Source of the DNA: Escherichia coli O127:H6 str. E2348/69
GTDB taxonomy: Bacteria > Pseudomonadota > Gammaproteobacteria > Enterobacterales > Enterobacteriaceae
Length of the DNA stretch: 64,000 bases
Strand: one strand, 5' to 3'
Assembly (NCBI RefSeq): GCF_000026545.1
Contig: NC_011601.1
The notes beneath the pieces are model-generated. The model had not been told where the DNA came from, made no database searches, and saw nothing but the letters and a program-made list of their open reading frames with translations. Both the position numbers and the translations under genes were made by a program. Shown here one piece after another: positions 30,097-42,427 of the stretch (the first letter of the stretch is position 1; each line of letters opens with the position of its first letter).

Positions 30097-30185
30097 ATGT
30101 AAACCTCGAGTGTCCGATTTCAAATTGGTCAATGGTCAAAAGTTAATAAACCCATTGCTGCGTTTATATTATCGTCGTGCTATGG

Positions 30186-30209
30186 TACATACATTCACAA
30201 ATGTATGTA
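30186..30209. promoter_or_regulatory. AcrR operator (24-bp palindrome) in the acrR-acrA divergent promoter region
   Basis: tacatacattcacaaatgtatgta is the reverse complement of the AcrR operator TACATACATTTGTGAATGTATGTA as I remember it. Confidence 0.75.
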
Positions 30210-30237
30210 AATCTAACGCCTGTAAATTCACGAACAT

Positions 30238-30885
30238 ATGGCACGAAAAACCAAACAAGAAGCGCAAGAAACGCGCCAACACATCCTCGATGTGGCTCTA
30301 CGTCTTTTCTCACAGCAGGGGGTATCATCCACCTCGCTGGGTGAGATTGCAAAAGCAGCTGGCGTTACGCGCGGTGCAATCTACTGGCATTTTAAAGACA
30401 AGTCGGATTTGTTCAGTGAGATCTGGGAACTGTCAGAATCCAATATTGGTGAACTAGAGCTTGAGTATCAGGCAAAATTCCCTGGCGATCCACTCTCAGT
30501 ATTAAGAGAGATATTAATTCATGTTCTTGAGTCCACGGTGACAGAAGAACGGCGTCGATTATTGATGGAGATTATATTCCACAAATGCGAATTTGTCGGA
30601 GAAATGGCTGTTGTGCAACAGGCACAACGTAATCTCTGTCTGGAAAGTTATGACCGTATAGAACAAACGTTAAGACATTGTATTGAAGCGAAAATGTTGC
30701 CTGCGGATTTAATGACGCGTCGCGCAGCAATTATTATGCGCGGCTATATTTCCGGCCTGATGGAAAACTGGCTCTTTGCCCCGCAATCTTTTGATCTTAA
30801 AAAAGAAGCCCGCGATTACGTCGCCATCTTACTGGAGATGTATCTCCTGTGCCCCACGCTTCGTAACCCTGCCACTAACGAATAA
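30238..30885 (+). CDS. acrR: TetR-family repressor AcrR
   Basis: 215-aa ORF with N-terminal TetR HTH ([24 protein letters not shown]). Confidence 0.96.
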   Translation: MARKTKQEAQETRQHILDVALRLFSQQGVSSTSLGEIAKAAGVTRGAIYWHFKDKSDLFSEIWELSESNIGELELEYQAKFPGDPLSVLREILIHVLESTVTEERRRLLMEIIFHKCEFVGEMAVVQQAQRNLCLESYDRIEQTLRHCIEAKMLPADLMTRRAAIIMRGYISGLMENWLFAPQSFDLKKEARDYVAILLEMYLLCPTLRNPATNE

Positions 30886-31012
30886 CCCTGAATCTGACTC
30901 CAGGAATTTTCCTGGACATTTTCGTCGTTGCTATTCTGGTTCACTGCGTCGTGATATTCTTGCGGTTTGACTTTTTCAGGTCGTTCTTCAGGTTCAGAAA
31001 CCTTCATTCATC

Positions 31013-34000
31013 ATGACTATGTTCCAGTATTACAAACGATCACGGCATTTTGTTTTTTCAGCATTTATTGCTTTTGTTTTTGTCTTGTTATGCCAGAACA
31101 CGGCGTTTGCACGGGCGTCATCGAATGGTGATTTACCGACAAAAGCGGACCTGCAGGCACAACTTGACTCACTGAATAAACAAAAAGATCTTTCTGCTCA
31201 GGACAAACTGGTGCAGCAGGATCTGACAGATACATTAGCCACCCTCGATAAAATCGATCGCGTAAAAGAAGAGACAGTTCAGCTACGGCAAAAAGTCGCT
31301 GAAGCGCCGGAAAAAATGCGCCAGGCGACCGCGGCGTTAACAGCACTTAGTGATGTCGATAACGACGAAGAAACGCGCAAAATTCTGAGCACGCTTTCGT
31401 TGCGCCAGCTGGAAACTCGCGTTGCCCAGGCGCTGGACGATTTGCAAAACGCACAAAACGATCTGGCGTCTTATAACAGCCAACTGGTTTCGCTACAGAC
31501 GCAGCCCGAACGCGTACAAAATGCGATGTATAACGCTTCGCAGCAGCTGCAACAAATTCGCAGTCGTCTGGATGGGACTGATGTCGGCGAGACTGCCTTA
31601 CGTCCCAGCCAGAAAGTGTTAATGCAGGTCCAGCAGGCTTTGCTGAATGCCGAGATTGACCAGCAGCGTAAAAGCCTGGAAGGGAACACTGTCTTGCAGG
31701 ATACCTTGCAAAAGCAGCGTGATTACGTGACGGCGAACAGCGCCCGTCTGGAGCACCAGTTACAACTGTTGCAAGAAGCGGTAAACAGCAAGCGCCTGAC
31801 TTTAACCGAAAAAACGGCGCAGGAAGCTGTCTCCCCGGATGAAGCCGCGCGTATTCAGGCTAATCCGCTGGTGAAGCAGGAACTGGAAATTAACCAGCAG
31901 TTAAGTCAGCGTCTGATTACCGCGACTCAAAACGGTAATCAGTTGATGCAGCAAAACATTAAAGTCAAAAACTGGCTGGAGCGTGCGCTGCAATCGGAAC
32001 GTAATATTAAGGAGCAGATTGCCGTTCTGAAGGGCAGTCTGCTGTTGTCACGTATCCTGTACCAGCAACAACAAACACTCCCCTCGGCAGATGAACTGGA
32101 AAACATGACCAACCGCATCGCGGATTTGCGTCTCGAACAGTTTGAAGTCAACCAGCAGCGTGACGCGCTGTTCCAGAGCGATGCGTTCGTCAGCAAACTG
32201 GAAGAAGGTCACACCAACGAAGTCAACAGCGAAGTTCACGATGCATTATTGCAAGTAGTTGATATGCGTCGCGAATTGCTGGATCAGCTTAACAAACAGT
32301 TGGGTAACCAGCTGATGATGGCCATTAACCTGCAAATCAACCAGCAGCAGTTAATGAGTGTGTCGAAAAACCTGAAATCCATCCTGACGCAGCAAATTTT
32401 TTGGGTGAACAGTAACCGCCCGATGGACTGGGACTGGATTAAAGCGTTCCCGCAAACGCTGAAAGATGAATTTAAGTCGATGAAAATCACGGTGAACTGG
32501 GAAAAAGCCTGGCCCGCCGTATTCATCGCCTTCCTCGCTGGTTTGCCGCTGCTGTTGATTGCCGGGCTGATCCACTGGCGTCTGGGCTGGCTGAAAGCGT
32601 ATCAACAAAAACTGGCTTCCGCTGTGGGTTCCCTGCGTAACGACAGCCAGCTCAACACACCAAAAGCGATCCTTATCGACCTGATCCGCGCACTGCCGGT
32701 GTGCCTGATTATTCTCGCTGTCGGCCTGATTCTGCTGACTATGCAGCTCAATATCAGCGAGTTATTGTGGTCGTTCAGCAAAAAACTGGCGATTTTCTGG
32801 CTGGTATTTGGCCTGTGCTGGAAAGTGCTGGAGAAAAATGGTGTTGCCGTGCGTCACTTTGGTATGCCGGAACAGCAGACCAGCCACTGGCGTCGGCAAA
32901 TTGTCCGCATCAGCCTCGCGTTGCTGCCGATCCATTTCTGGTCTGTGGTGGCAGAACTCTCCCCGCTGCATTTGATGGATGATGTGCTGGGGCAGGCGAT
33001 GATTTTCTTCAACCTGCTGCTGATTGCCTTCCTGGTGTGGCCGATGTGCCGCGAAAGCTGGCGTGATAAAGAGTCGCACACCATGCGACTGGTCACCATT
33101 ACCGTGCTGTCGATTATCCCGATTGCGTTGATGGTGCTGACCGCCACGGGTTACTTCTACACCACGCTGCGCCTCTCCGGGCGTTGGATTGAAACCGTTT
33201 ATTTGGTGATCATCTGGAACCTGCTGTACCAGACGGTATTGCGCGGCTTAAGCGTAGCGGCGCGGCGTATCGCCTGGCGTCGTGCACTGGCGCGTCGGCA
33301 GAATCTGGTGAAAGAGGGCGCAGAAGGTGCCGAACCGCCGGAAGAACCCACCATTGCGCTGGAGCAGGTTAACCAGCAGACGCTGCGTATTACCATGTTG
33401 CTGATGTTTGCGCTGTTCGGTGTCATGTTCTGGGCAATTTGGTCTGATTTGATCACCGTGTTCAGCTATCTCGACAGCATTACGCTCTGGCATTACAACG
33501 CTACTGAAGCTGGTGCTGCGGTGGTGAAAAACGTCACCATGGGCAGTCTGTTGTTTGCGATTATCGCCTCAATGGTGGCCTGGGCGTTGATTCGCAACCT
33601 GCCTGGTTTGCTGGAAGTGCTGGTGCTCTCGCGACTGAATATGCGCCAGGGCGCGTCGTATGCCATTACTACCATCCTTAACTACATCATTATTGCCGTT
33701 GGTGCGATGACGGTGTTCGGATCGCTGGGCGTCTCGTGGGATAAACTCCAGTGGCTGGCGGCAGCATTATCCGTAGGTCTTGGTTTTGGTTTACAAGAGA
33801 TCTTCGGTAACTTCGTTTCCGGTTTGATCATTCTGTTCGAACGTCCGGTGCGCATAGGCGACACGGTAACCATTGGTAGCTTCTCGGGTACGGTCAGCAA
33901 GATCCGTATTCGTGCGACAACGATTACCGATTTCGATCGCAAAGAAGTGATTATCCCGAACAAAGCGTTTGTTACCGAGCGTCTGATCAACTGGTCGTTG

Positions 34001-34375
34001 ACTGACACGACTACGCGTCTGGTGATCCGTCTCGGCGTAGCCTATGGCTCCGATCTGGAAAAAGTGCGTAAAGTGTTGCTGAAGGCGGCGACTGAGCACC
34101 CAAGGGTGATGCACGAACCAATGCCGGAAGTCTTCTTTACGGCATTTGGTGCCAGCACGTTGGATCATGAGCTGCGTCTGTATGTGCGTGAACTGCGTGA
34201 CCGTAGCCGTACTGTCGATGAGCTGAACCGTACTATCGATCAGCTGTGCCGTGAAAACGACATCAACATTGCCTTTAACCAGCTTGAAGTGCATCTGCAC
34301 AACGAGAAGGGCGATGAAGTGACGGAAGTGAAACGCGACTACAAAGGCGACGATCCGACGCCAGCGGTAGGGTAA
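31013..34375 (+). CDS. mscK: Potassium-dependent mechanosensitive channel MscK (KefA)
   Basis: 1120-aa ORF with signal peptide, long coiled-coil periplasmic domain, multiple TM helices and a C-terminal MscS-like domain. Confidence 0.96.
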   Translation: MTMFQYYKRSRHFVFSAFIAFVFVLLCQNTAFARASSNGDLPTKADLQAQLDSLNKQKDLSAQDKLVQQDLTDTLATLDKIDRVKEETVQLRQKVAEAPEKMRQATAALTALSDVDNDEETRKILSTLSLRQLETRVAQALDDLQNAQNDLASYNSQLVSLQTQPERVQNAMYNASQQLQQIRSRLDGTDVGETALRPSQKVLMQVQQALLNAEIDQQRKSLEGNTVLQDTLQKQRDYVTANSARLEHQLQLLQEAVNSKRLTLTEKTAQEAVSPDEAARIQANPLVKQELEINQQLSQRLITATQNGNQLMQQNIKVKNWLERALQSERNIKEQIAVLKGSLLLSRILYQQQQTLPSADELENMTNRIADLRLEQFEVNQQRDALFQSDAFVSKLEEGHTNEVNSEVHDALLQVVDMRRELLDQLNKQLGNQLMMAINLQINQQQLMSVSKNLKSILTQQIFWVNSNRPMDWDWIKAFPQTLKDEFKSMKITVNWEKAWPAVFIAFLAGLPLLLIAGLIHWRLGWLKAYQQKLASAVGSLRNDSQLNTPKAILIDLIRALPVCLIILAVGLILLTMQLNISELLWSFSKKLAIFWLVFGLCWKVLEKNGVAVRHFGMPEQQTSHWRRQIVRISLALLPIHFWSVVAELSPLHLMDDVLGQAMIFFNLLLIAFLVWPMCRESWRDKESHTMRLVTITVLSIIPIALMVLTATGYFYTTLRLSGRWIETVYLVIIWNLLYQTVLRGLSVAARRIAWRRALARRQNLVKEGAEGAEPPEEPTIALEQVNQQTLRITMLLMFALFGVMFWAIWSDLITVFSYLDSITLWHYNATEAGAAVVKNVTMGSLLFAIIASMVAWALIRNLPGLLEVLVLSRLNMRQGASYAITTILNYIIIAVGAMTVFGSLGVSWDKLQWLAAALSVGLGFGLQEIFGNFVSGLIILFERPVRIGDTVTIGSFSGTVSKIRIRATTITDFDRKEVIIPNKAFVTERLINWSLTDTTTRLVIRLGVAYGSDLEKVRKVLLKAATEHPRVMHEPMPEVFFTAFGASTLDHELRLYVRELRDRSRTVDELNRTIDQLCRENDINIAFNQLEVHLHNEKGDEVTEVKRDYKGDDPTPAVG

Positions 34376-34435
34376 TAACCAAAGGGGGCGACATTTAGTT
34401 GCCCCGAGATTACTAACAAAGTGCGCGTTGTTCAT

Positions 34436-34533
34436 GCCGGATGCGGCGTGACCGCCTTATCCGGCCTACGAAACCGCAAGAATTCAATATATTGCAGGAG
34501 CGGTGTAGGCCTGATAAGCGTAGCGCATCAGGC
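34436..34533. repeat. BIME: two inverted REP elements
   Basis: gccggatgcggcgtgaccgccttatccggcctac (34436-34469) and gtaggcctgataagcgtagcgcatcaggc (34505-34533) in opposite orientation. Confidence 0.7.
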
Positions 34534-34586
34534 AGTTTTGCGTTTGCCCACAATCTTAGGGGACATTTAGCGGCCCCATTTATTTC

Positions 34587-34748
34587 TCACTTTTCCGCCT
34601 CATCATCGCGCGTTAATTTCTTTTCATAATCGCGTTTTACAATATCCAGCGCGCGCAGTACGGTGCGGGCTGGGATCTGATTTTCTTCCAGCAGCACAAT
34701 CAAATCGACGGCCAGTTTGACATCGTCAGGGGCATTTTCCAGTGACAT
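34587..34748 (-). CDS. ybaM: Small protein YbaM (DUF2496)
   Basis: Hand translation of the minus strand gives ~53 aa beginning [23 protein letters not shown]... and ending ...DDEAEK*; below the ORF-track length cutoff; conserved position beside priC. Confidence 0.7.
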   Translation of the reverse strand: MSLENAPDDVKLAVDLIVLLEENQIPARTVLRALDIVKRDYEKKLTRDDEAEK

Positions 34749-34761
34749 ACTCTCTCCATTG

Positions 34762-35289
34762 CTAGCGGGTTAAACGCGCTAACCTGTTTTCGATTTTTTC
34801 CAGCGCATGGCGGCAGCGTGCCAGGCGCGCTTCATAGGCTTCCACTTCACGATGCAGTGTCTGCTGTTCCACGAGAGCGGTCGCTCGCGCCAGACGGGCT
34901 CTACGTTCGGCAACCATCTCACGTAGCCGCCGCTCAAAATCCTGATGCTGAATACGTTTACGCTGCCAGCGGGCAATTTTCGGTGGTGCGCTATCCCACT
35001 CGCGTAGCGACCAGGCTGTGGCTTCACGCGCTATAGCCTCCAGTTGCGCCGCCAGATGTTCTGCCAGCCAGGCGACTTGCGGCAGCTGTTGCTGCTCAAC
35101 CGCATGACGAAGCGCAGCCAGGTTATCGCCCGCCTCATCGAGACAAGCCTGTAGTGTTGTCGCACGGGTCTGAAAAAGGTGCCTGTCAAAACGGGCACTT
35201 AGCGTGGCAAATTGCGCTACCGGGGCACAACGCTGACGCAGCGTGGCGAGCTGTCCTTCCAGTTTTTCCAGTAGCAGGGTGGTTTTCAC
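34762..35289 (-). CDS. priC: Primosomal replication protein N'' (PriC)
   Basis: 175-aa [43 protein letters not shown]..., matches PriC. Confidence 0.93.
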   Translation of the reverse strand: MKTTLLLEKLEGQLATLRQRCAPVAQFATLSARFDRHLFQTRATTLQACLDEAGDNLAALRHAVEQQQLPQVAWLAEHLAAQLEAIAREATAWSLREWDSAPPKIARWQRKRIQHQDFERRLREMVAERRARLARATALVEQQTLHREVEAYEARLARCRHALEKIENRLARLTR

Positions 35290-35358
35290 GATAAGACCTC
35301 AATGAAAATGATAATTGTTATGCTAAAGTAGCCACTCTGTAAGCTGACAACACTCAAT

Positions 35359-35736
35359 ATGCAACGAATCATTTTAATCATCATTGGCTGGCTGGCGGTA
35401 GTGCTGGGTACGCTAGGCGTGGTATTACCGGTATTACCGACGACGCCGTTTATCCTGCTGGCGGCCTGGTGCTTTGCCCGTTCTTCCCCGCGCTTTCACG
35501 CCTGGTTGCTGTACCGCTCATGGTTTGGCAGTTATCTACGTTTCTGGCAGAAACATCATGCGATGCCGCGCGGCGCAAAACCACGGGCGATTTTGCTTAT
35601 TTTGATTACGTTTACGATTTCGCTGTGGTTCGTCCAGATGCCGTGGGTGCGCATCATGTTGCTGGTAATTCTCGCCTGTTTGCTTTTTTATATGTGGCGA
35701 ATTCCGGTGATTGATGAAAAGCAAGAAAAGCACTGA
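35359..35736 (+). CDS. ybaN: DUF454 inner-membrane protein YbaN
   Basis: 125-aa hydrophobic [46 protein letters not shown]... Confidence 0.92.
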
Positions 35737-35888
35737 AGCACAACAATCGCAGTTGCAATTATTGCGTACAGCCAGTACATTCTGGCGTTTTCGAGCACAG
35801 GCGCAGGCGGTCAAAGGTTAAACAACTGTTACTTTTGATACGTTCAAAACGCGCCGTGAGTACCACCGTAACAAGCAGGCATACACTT

Positions 35889-36440
35889 ATGACCGCGACT
35901 GCACAGCAGCTTGAGTATCTCAAAAATAGCATCAAAAGCATTCAGGACTACCCAAAACCCGGCATTCTTTTCCGCGATGTCACCAGCTTACTGGAAGACC
36001 CGAAAGCTTACGCTCTCAGCATCGACTTGCTGGTTGAGCGTTACAAAAATGCGGGCATTACCAAAGTGGTCGGCACCGAAGCGCGTGGCTTCTTGTTTGG
36101 CGCTCCGGTAGCTCTGGGTCTGGGCGTTGGCTTTGTACCGGTCCGTAAACCGGGCAAACTGCCGCGTGAAACCATCAGTGAAACTTACGACCTGGAATAC
36201 GGCACCGATCAGCTGGAAATCCACGTTGATGCCATCAAACCGGGCGATAAAGTTCTGGTGGTGGACGATCTGCTGGCAACCGGCGGCACTATCGAAGCGA
36301 CCGTTAAACTGATCCGTCGTCTGGGTGGTGAAGTAGCTGACGCTGCGTTCATTATCAACCTGTTCGATCTCGGCGGTGAACAGCGTCTCGAAAAACAGGG
36401 CATTACCAGCTACAGCCTTGTCCCGTTCCCGGGCCATTAA
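35889..36440 (+). CDS. apt: Adenine phosphoribosyltransferase
   Basis: ORF-track frame 35835..36440; start at [35 protein letters not shown] gives 183 aa; PRPP-binding motif [13 protein letters not shown]. Confidence 0.96.
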
Positions 36441-36568
36441 TTATCGTCAGTCTTGCGCTGCTCACGCTACGGGCAGCACAAGATGTGCATTCAGCCTCGC
36501 CGTTCTGACGGGGCTGTGTTAGCATTACCCCTTCGTGAATCCACCTTCCAGCGTTTCAGAGCCTGCCA

Positions 36569-38500
36569 ATGAGTTATCAGGTCTTAGCCCGAAAATGGCG
36601 CCCACAAACCTTTGCTGACGTCGTCGGCCAGGAACATGTGCTGACCGCACTGGCGAACGGCTTGTCGTTAGGGCGTATTCATCATGCTTATCTTTTTTCC
36701 GGCACCCGTGGCGTCGGAAAAACCTCTATCGCCCGACTGTTGGCGAAGGGGCTAAACTGCGAAACCGGCATTACCGCGACGCCGTGCGGCGTGTGCGATA
36801 ACTGTCGTGAAATCGAGCAGGGGCGCTTTGTCGATCTGATTGAAATCGACGCCGCCTCGCGCACTAAAGTCGAAGATACCCGCGACCTGCTGGATAACGT
36901 TCAGTACGCTCCGGCGCGTGGTCGTTTCAAAGTTTATCTCATCGACGAAGTGCATATGCTGTCGCGTCACAGCTTTAACGCACTGTTAAAAACCCTTGAA
37001 GAGCCGCCAGAGCACGTTAAGTTTTTGCTGGCGACGACCGATCCGCAGAAATTGCCGGTGACGATTTTGTCACGCTGTCTGCAATTTCATCTCAAGGCGC
37101 TGGATGTCGAGCAAATTCGCCATCAGCTTGAGCACATCCTCAACGAAGAACATATCGCTCACGAGCCGCGGGCGCTGCAATTGTTGGCACGCGCCGCTGA
37201 AGGCAGCCTGCGAGATGCCTTAAGTCTGACCGACCAGGCGATTGCCAGCGGTGACGGCCAGGTTTCAACCCAGGCGGTCAGTGCGATGCTGGGTACGCTT
37301 GACGACGATCAGGCGTTATCGCTGGTTGAAGCGATGGTCGAGGCCAACGGCGAGCGCGTAATGGCGCTAATTAATGAAGCTGCTGCCCGTGGTATCGAGT
37401 GGGAAGCGTTGCTGGTGGAAATGCTCGGTCTGTTGCATCGTATTGCGATGGTACAACTTTCGCCTGCTGCTCTTGGCAACGACATGGCCGCCATTGAGCT
37501 GCGGATGCGTGAACTGGCGCGCACCATACCGCCGACGGATATTCAGCTTTACTATCAGACGCTGTTGATTGGTCGCAAAGAATTACCGTATGCGCCAGAC
37601 CGCCGTATGGGTGTTGAGATGACGCTGCTGCGCGCGCTGGCGTTCCATCCGCGTATGCCTCTGCCTGAGCCAGAAGTGCCACGCCAGTCCTTTGCGCCCG
37701 TTGCGCCAACGGCAGTAATGACGCCAACACAGGTGCCGCCGCAACCGCAATCAGCGCTGCAGCAGGCACCGACTGTACCGCTCCCGGAAACCACCAGCCA
37801 GGTGCTGGCGGCGCGCCAGCAGTTGCAGCGCGTGCAGGGAGCAACCAAAGCAAAAAAGAGTGAACCGGCAGCCGCTACCCGCGCGCGGCCGGTGAATAAC
37901 GCTGCGCTGGAAAGACTGGCTTCGGTCACCGATCGCGTTCAGGCGCGCCCGGTGCCATCGGCGCTGGAAAAAGCGCCAGCCAAAAAAGAAGCGTATCGCT
38001 GGAAGGCGACCACTCCAGTGATGCAGCAAAAAGAAGTGGTCGCCACGCCGAAGGCGCTGAAAAAAGCGCTGGAACATGAAAAAACGCCGGAACTGGCGGC
38101 GAAGCTGGCGGCAGAAGCCATTGAGCGCGACCCGTGGGCGGCTCAGGTGAGTCAACTTTCGCTACCAAAACTGGTCGAACAGGTGGCGTTAAATGCCTGG
38201 AAAGAGGAGAGCGACAACGCAGTATGTCTGCATTTGCGCTCCTCTCAGCGGCATTTGAACAACCGCGGCGCACAGCAAAAACTGGCTGAAGCGTTGAGCA
38301 CGTTAAAAGGTTCAACGGTTGAACTGACTATCGTTGAAGATGATAATCCCGCGGTGCGTACGCCGCTGGAATGGCGTCAGGCGATATACGAAGAAAAACT
38401 TGCGCAGGCGCGCGAGTCCATTATTGCGGATAATAATATTCAGACCCTGCGTCGATTCTTCGATGCGGAGCTGGATGAAGAAAGTATCCGCCCCATTTGA
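36569..38500 (+). CDS. dnaX: DNA polymerase III subunits tau/gamma (tau full length; gamma by -1 frameshift)
   Basis: 643-aa ORF with Walker A GTRGVGKTS and zinc module CGVCDNC; internal slippery site present. Confidence 0.97.
   Translation: MSYQVLARKWRPQTFADVVGQEHVLTALANGLSLGRIHHAYLFSGTRGVGKTSIARLLAKGLNCETGITATPCGVCDNCREIEQGRFVDLIEIDAASRTKVEDTRDLLDNVQYAPARGRFKVYLIDEVHMLSRHSFNALLKTLEEPPEHVKFLLATTDPQKLPVTILSRCLQFHLKALDVEQIRHQLEHILNEEHIAHEPRALQLLARAAEGSLRDALSLTDQAIASGDGQVSTQAVSAMLGTLDDDQALSLVEAMVEANGERVMALINEAAARGIEWEALLVEMLGLLHRIAMVQLSPAALGNDMAAIELRMRELARTIPPTDIQLYYQTLLIGRKELPYAPDRRMGVEMTLLRALAFHPRMPLPEPEVPRQSFAPVAPTAVMTPTQVPPQPQSALQQAPTVPLPETTSQVLAARQQLQRVQGATKAKKSEPAAATRARPVNNAALERLASVTDRVQARPVPSALEKAPAKKEAYRWKATTPVMQQKEVVATPKALKKALEHEKTPELAAKLAAEAIERDPWAAQVSQLSLPKLVEQVALNAWKEESDNAVCLHLRSSQRHLNNRGAQQKLAEALSTLKGSTVELTIVEDDNPAVRTPLEWRQAIYEEKLAQARESIIADNNIQTLRRFFDAELDEESIRPI
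37852..37892 (+). promoter_or_regulatory. dnaX programmed -1 ribosomal frameshift signal (slippery heptamer plus downstream stem-loop)
   Basis: A AAA AAG at 37852-37858 in the 0 frame; the -1 frame then reads GAG TGA (stop at 37861-37863); GC-rich hairpin ccggcagccgctacccgcgcgcggccgg at 37865-37892. Confidence 0.85.
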
Positions 38501-38537
38501 TCGTAAGCACAGCTTACGTTCGTCATCCTTAACGTGA

Positions 38538-38881
<344 letters not shown>

Positions 38882-38882
<1 letters not shown>

Positions 38883-39487
38883 TGCAAACCAGCCCGCTGT
38901 TAACACAGCTTATGGAAGCACTGCGCTGTCTGCCGGGCGTTGGCCCGAAGTCGGCGCAGCGTATGGCGTTCACGCTGCTTCAGCGCGATCGTAGCGGCGG
39001 GATGCGTCTGGCGCAGGCGCTCACCCGGGCGATGTCGGAAATCGGCCACTGCGCCGATTGCCGCACCTTCACCGAACAGGAAGTCTGTAACATCTGTTCG
39101 AATCCACGTCGTCAGGAAAACGGTCAAATCTGCGTGGTGGAGAGTCCGGCGGACATTTACGCCATTGAGCAGACGGGGCAGTTTTCAGGTCGTTATTTTG
39201 TGTTGATGGGGCATCTGTCACCGCTGGACGGCATCGGTCCTGATGATATCGGGCTTGATCGTCTGGAACAGCGTCTGGCAGAGGAAAAAATCACTGAAGT
39301 GATCCTCGCCACCAACCCCACGGTTGAAGGTGAAGCTACCGCTAACTACATTGCCGAGCTTTGTGCGCAATATGACGTGGAAGCCAGCCGAATCGCTCAT
39401 GGCGTACCGGTTGGCGGCGAACTGGAAATGGTCGATGGCACCACGCTGTCACACTCCCTTGCCGGGCGTCATAAGATTCGTTTTTAA
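38882..39487 (+). CDS. recR: Recombination protein RecR
   Basis: 201-aa ORF with C4 zinc finger (CADCRTF...CNIC) and Toprim domain; start overlaps the ybaB stop (TGATG). Confidence 0.96.
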
Positions 39488-39516
39488 GCAAACGAGAGCA
39501 GGATCACCTGCTCTCG

Positions 39517-39545
39517 CTTGAAATTACTCTCCCTTGTCCCCATCT
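39517..39545 (+). promoter_or_regulatory. Putative sigma-32 heat-shock promoter of htpG
   Basis: CTTGAAA (-35) and CCCCATCT (-10) with 14-bp spacer, ~50 bp upstream of htpG. Confidence 0.65.
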
Positions 39546-39596
39546 CTCCCTCATCCTGTTTTTAACCTTAAAATGGCATTATTGAGGTAGACCTAC

Positions 39597-41471
39597 ATGA
39601 AAGGACAAGAAACACGTGGTTTTCAGTCAGAAGTGAAACAGCTTCTGCACCTGATGATCCATTCTCTCTATTCCAATAAAGAAATCTTCCTGCGTGAGCT
39701 TATCTCTAACGCCTCCGATGCGGCGGACAAGCTGCGTTTCCGCGCGCTTTCTAACCCGGACCTGTACGAAGGTGATGGTGAACTACGCGTTCGTGTCTCT
39801 TTCGATAAAGACAAGCGCACGCTGACCATCTCCGATAACGGCGTGGGGATGACCCGCGACGAAGTGATTGACCATCTGGGGACTATCGCTAAATCCGGCA
39901 CCAAATCATTCCTCGAATCCCTGGGTTCTGACCAGGCGAAAGACAGCCAGCTGATCGGTCAGTTTGGTGTTGGTTTCTACTCTGCGTTTATCGTGGCTGA
40001 CAAAGTGACCGTGCGTACTCGCGCGGCAGGCGAAAAACCAGAAAACGGCGTCTTCTGGGAATCGGCTGGCGAAGGTGAATACACCGTTGCCGACATCACT
40101 AAAGAAGATCGTGGTACTGAAATCACCCTGCATCTGCGTGAAGGCGAAGACGAGTTCCTCGATGACTGGCGTGTGCGTTCCATCATCAGCAAATATTCCG
40201 ACCATATCGCGCTGCCGGTAGAGATCGAAAAACGCGAAGAGAAAGACGGCGAAACCATTATCTCCTGGGAGAAAATCAACAAAGCGCAGGCGCTGTGGAC
40301 TCGTAACAAGTCGGAAATCACCGATGAAGAGTACAAAGAGTTCTACAAACACATCGCCCACGACTTTAACGATCCGCTGACCTGGAGCCACAACCGCGTT
40401 GAAGGTAAGCAGGAGTACACCAGCCTGCTGTACATTCCGTCTCAGGCACCGTGGGATATGTGGAACCGCGATCATAAACACGGTCTGAAACTGTATGTTC
40501 AGCGTGTGTTCATCATGGACGACGCAGAACAGTTCATGCCGAACTATCTGCGCTTCGTGCGTGGTCTGATTGACTCCAGCGATCTGCCGCTGAACGTTTC
40601 CCGTGAAATCCTCCAGGACAGCACGGTAACGCGTAACCTGCGCAATGCGCTGACCAAGCGTGTGCTGCAAATGCTGGAAAAACTGGCGAAAGACGACGCG
40701 GAAAAATACCAGACCTTCTGGCAACAGTTTGGCCTGGTACTGAAAGAAGGTCCGGCGGAAGATTTCGCTAACCAGGAAGCGATCGCCAAACTGCTGCGTT
40801 TTGCTTCTACCCATACCGATTCTTCTGCGCAGACCGTGTCTCTGGAAGACTACGTTTCCCGCATGAAAGAAGGGCAGGAGAAAATCTACTATATCACCGC
40901 AGACAGCTACGCGGCAGCGAAGAGCAGCCCGCACCTGGAACTGCTGCGTAAGAAAGGCATCGAAGTTCTGCTGCTTTCCGACCGCATCGATGAGTGGATG
41001 ATGAACTATCTGACTGAGTTCGACGGTAAACCGTTCCAGTCTGTGTCTAAAGTTGACGAGTCGCTGGAAAAACTGGCTGACGAAGTTGATGAGAGCGCGA
41101 AAGAAGCGGAGAAAGCACTGACTCCGTTCATCGACCGTGTGAAAGCTCTGCTCGGCGAGCGCGTGAAAGATGTCCGTCTGACTCACCGTCTGACCGATAC
41201 GCCAGCGATCGTTTCGACCGACGCGGACGAAATGAGCACTCAGATGGCGAAACTGTTCGCTGCGGCGGGCCAGAAAGTGCCAGAAGTGAAATACATCTTC
41301 GAACTGAACCCGGATCACGTACTGGTGAAACGTGCGGCGGATACTGAAGATGAAGCGAAGTTCAGCGAGTGGGTAGAACTGCTGCTGGATCAGGCGCTGC
41401 TGGCAGAACGCGGCACGCTGGAAGATCCGAACCTGTTTATTCGTCGTATGAACCAGCTGCTGGTTTCTTGA
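39597..41471 (+). CDS. htpG: Chaperone HtpG (Hsp90 family)
   Basis: 624-aa [45 protein letters not shown] (GHKL ATPase N-terminal motif). Confidence 0.97.
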   Translation: MKGQETRGFQSEVKQLLHLMIHSLYSNKEIFLRELISNASDAADKLRFRALSNPDLYEGDGELRVRVSFDKDKRTLTISDNGVGMTRDEVIDHLGTIAKSGTKSFLESLGSDQAKDSQLIGQFGVGFYSAFIVADKVTVRTRAAGEKPENGVFWESAGEGEYTVADITKEDRGTEITLHLREGEDEFLDDWRVRSIISKYSDHIALPVEIEKREEKDGETIISWEKINKAQALWTRNKSEITDEEYKEFYKHIAHDFNDPLTWSHNRVEGKQEYTSLLYIPSQAPWDMWNRDHKHGLKLYVQRVFIMDDAEQFMPNYLRFVRGLIDSSDLPLNVSREILQDSTVTRNLRNALTKRVLQMLEKLAKDDAEKYQTFWQQFGLVLKEGPAEDFANQEAIAKLLRFASTHTDSSAQTVSLEDYVSRMKEGQEKIYYITADSYAAAKSSPHLELLRKKGIEVLLLSDRIDEWMMNYLTEFDGKPFQSVSKVDESLEKLADEVDESAKEAEKALTPFIDRVKALLGERVKDVRLTHRLTDTPAIVSTDADEMSTQMAKLFAAAGQKVPEVKYIFELNPDHVLVKRAADTEDEAKFSEWVELLLDQALLAERGTLEDPNLFIRRMNQLLVS

Positions 41472-41579
41472 TGCCATGCCGGATGACCTTCGTGTCATCC
41501 GGCATTTTTCTTTTCTTCATCTGCACTTTCCGCAAATTATCTCGCCATTAACCGTTTCAGCCTCAGGTGCCTTTCTTGA

Positions 41580-42296
<717 letters not shown>

Positions 42297-42427
42297 TCAA
42301 GCCGCAGCAGATCTGCTTTCGGGCAGGTCTGCTCATCCTCCTCAGGCAATACCTCTTACAGCAATTAGTTCTTCTTCTTCACTTTTCCGCTACAATTATC
42401 AACAAGTTGAATCGATAAGAGGCGGTA

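Noticed and set aside
32762-34435. Multiple minus-strand ORFs (up to 214 aa) inside mscK
   Set aside because: Antisense to mscK; no independent support.
37371-38315. Several 120-160-aa minus-strand ORFs inside dnaX
   Set aside because: Antisense to the GC-rich, Ala/Pro-rich linker region of dnaX; open frames here are expected by base composition.
39906-41498. 530-aa minus-strand ORF antisense to htpG
   Set aside because: Covers almost all of htpG on the opposite strand; low-complexity, Arg/Phe-rich translation characteristic of antisense frames.
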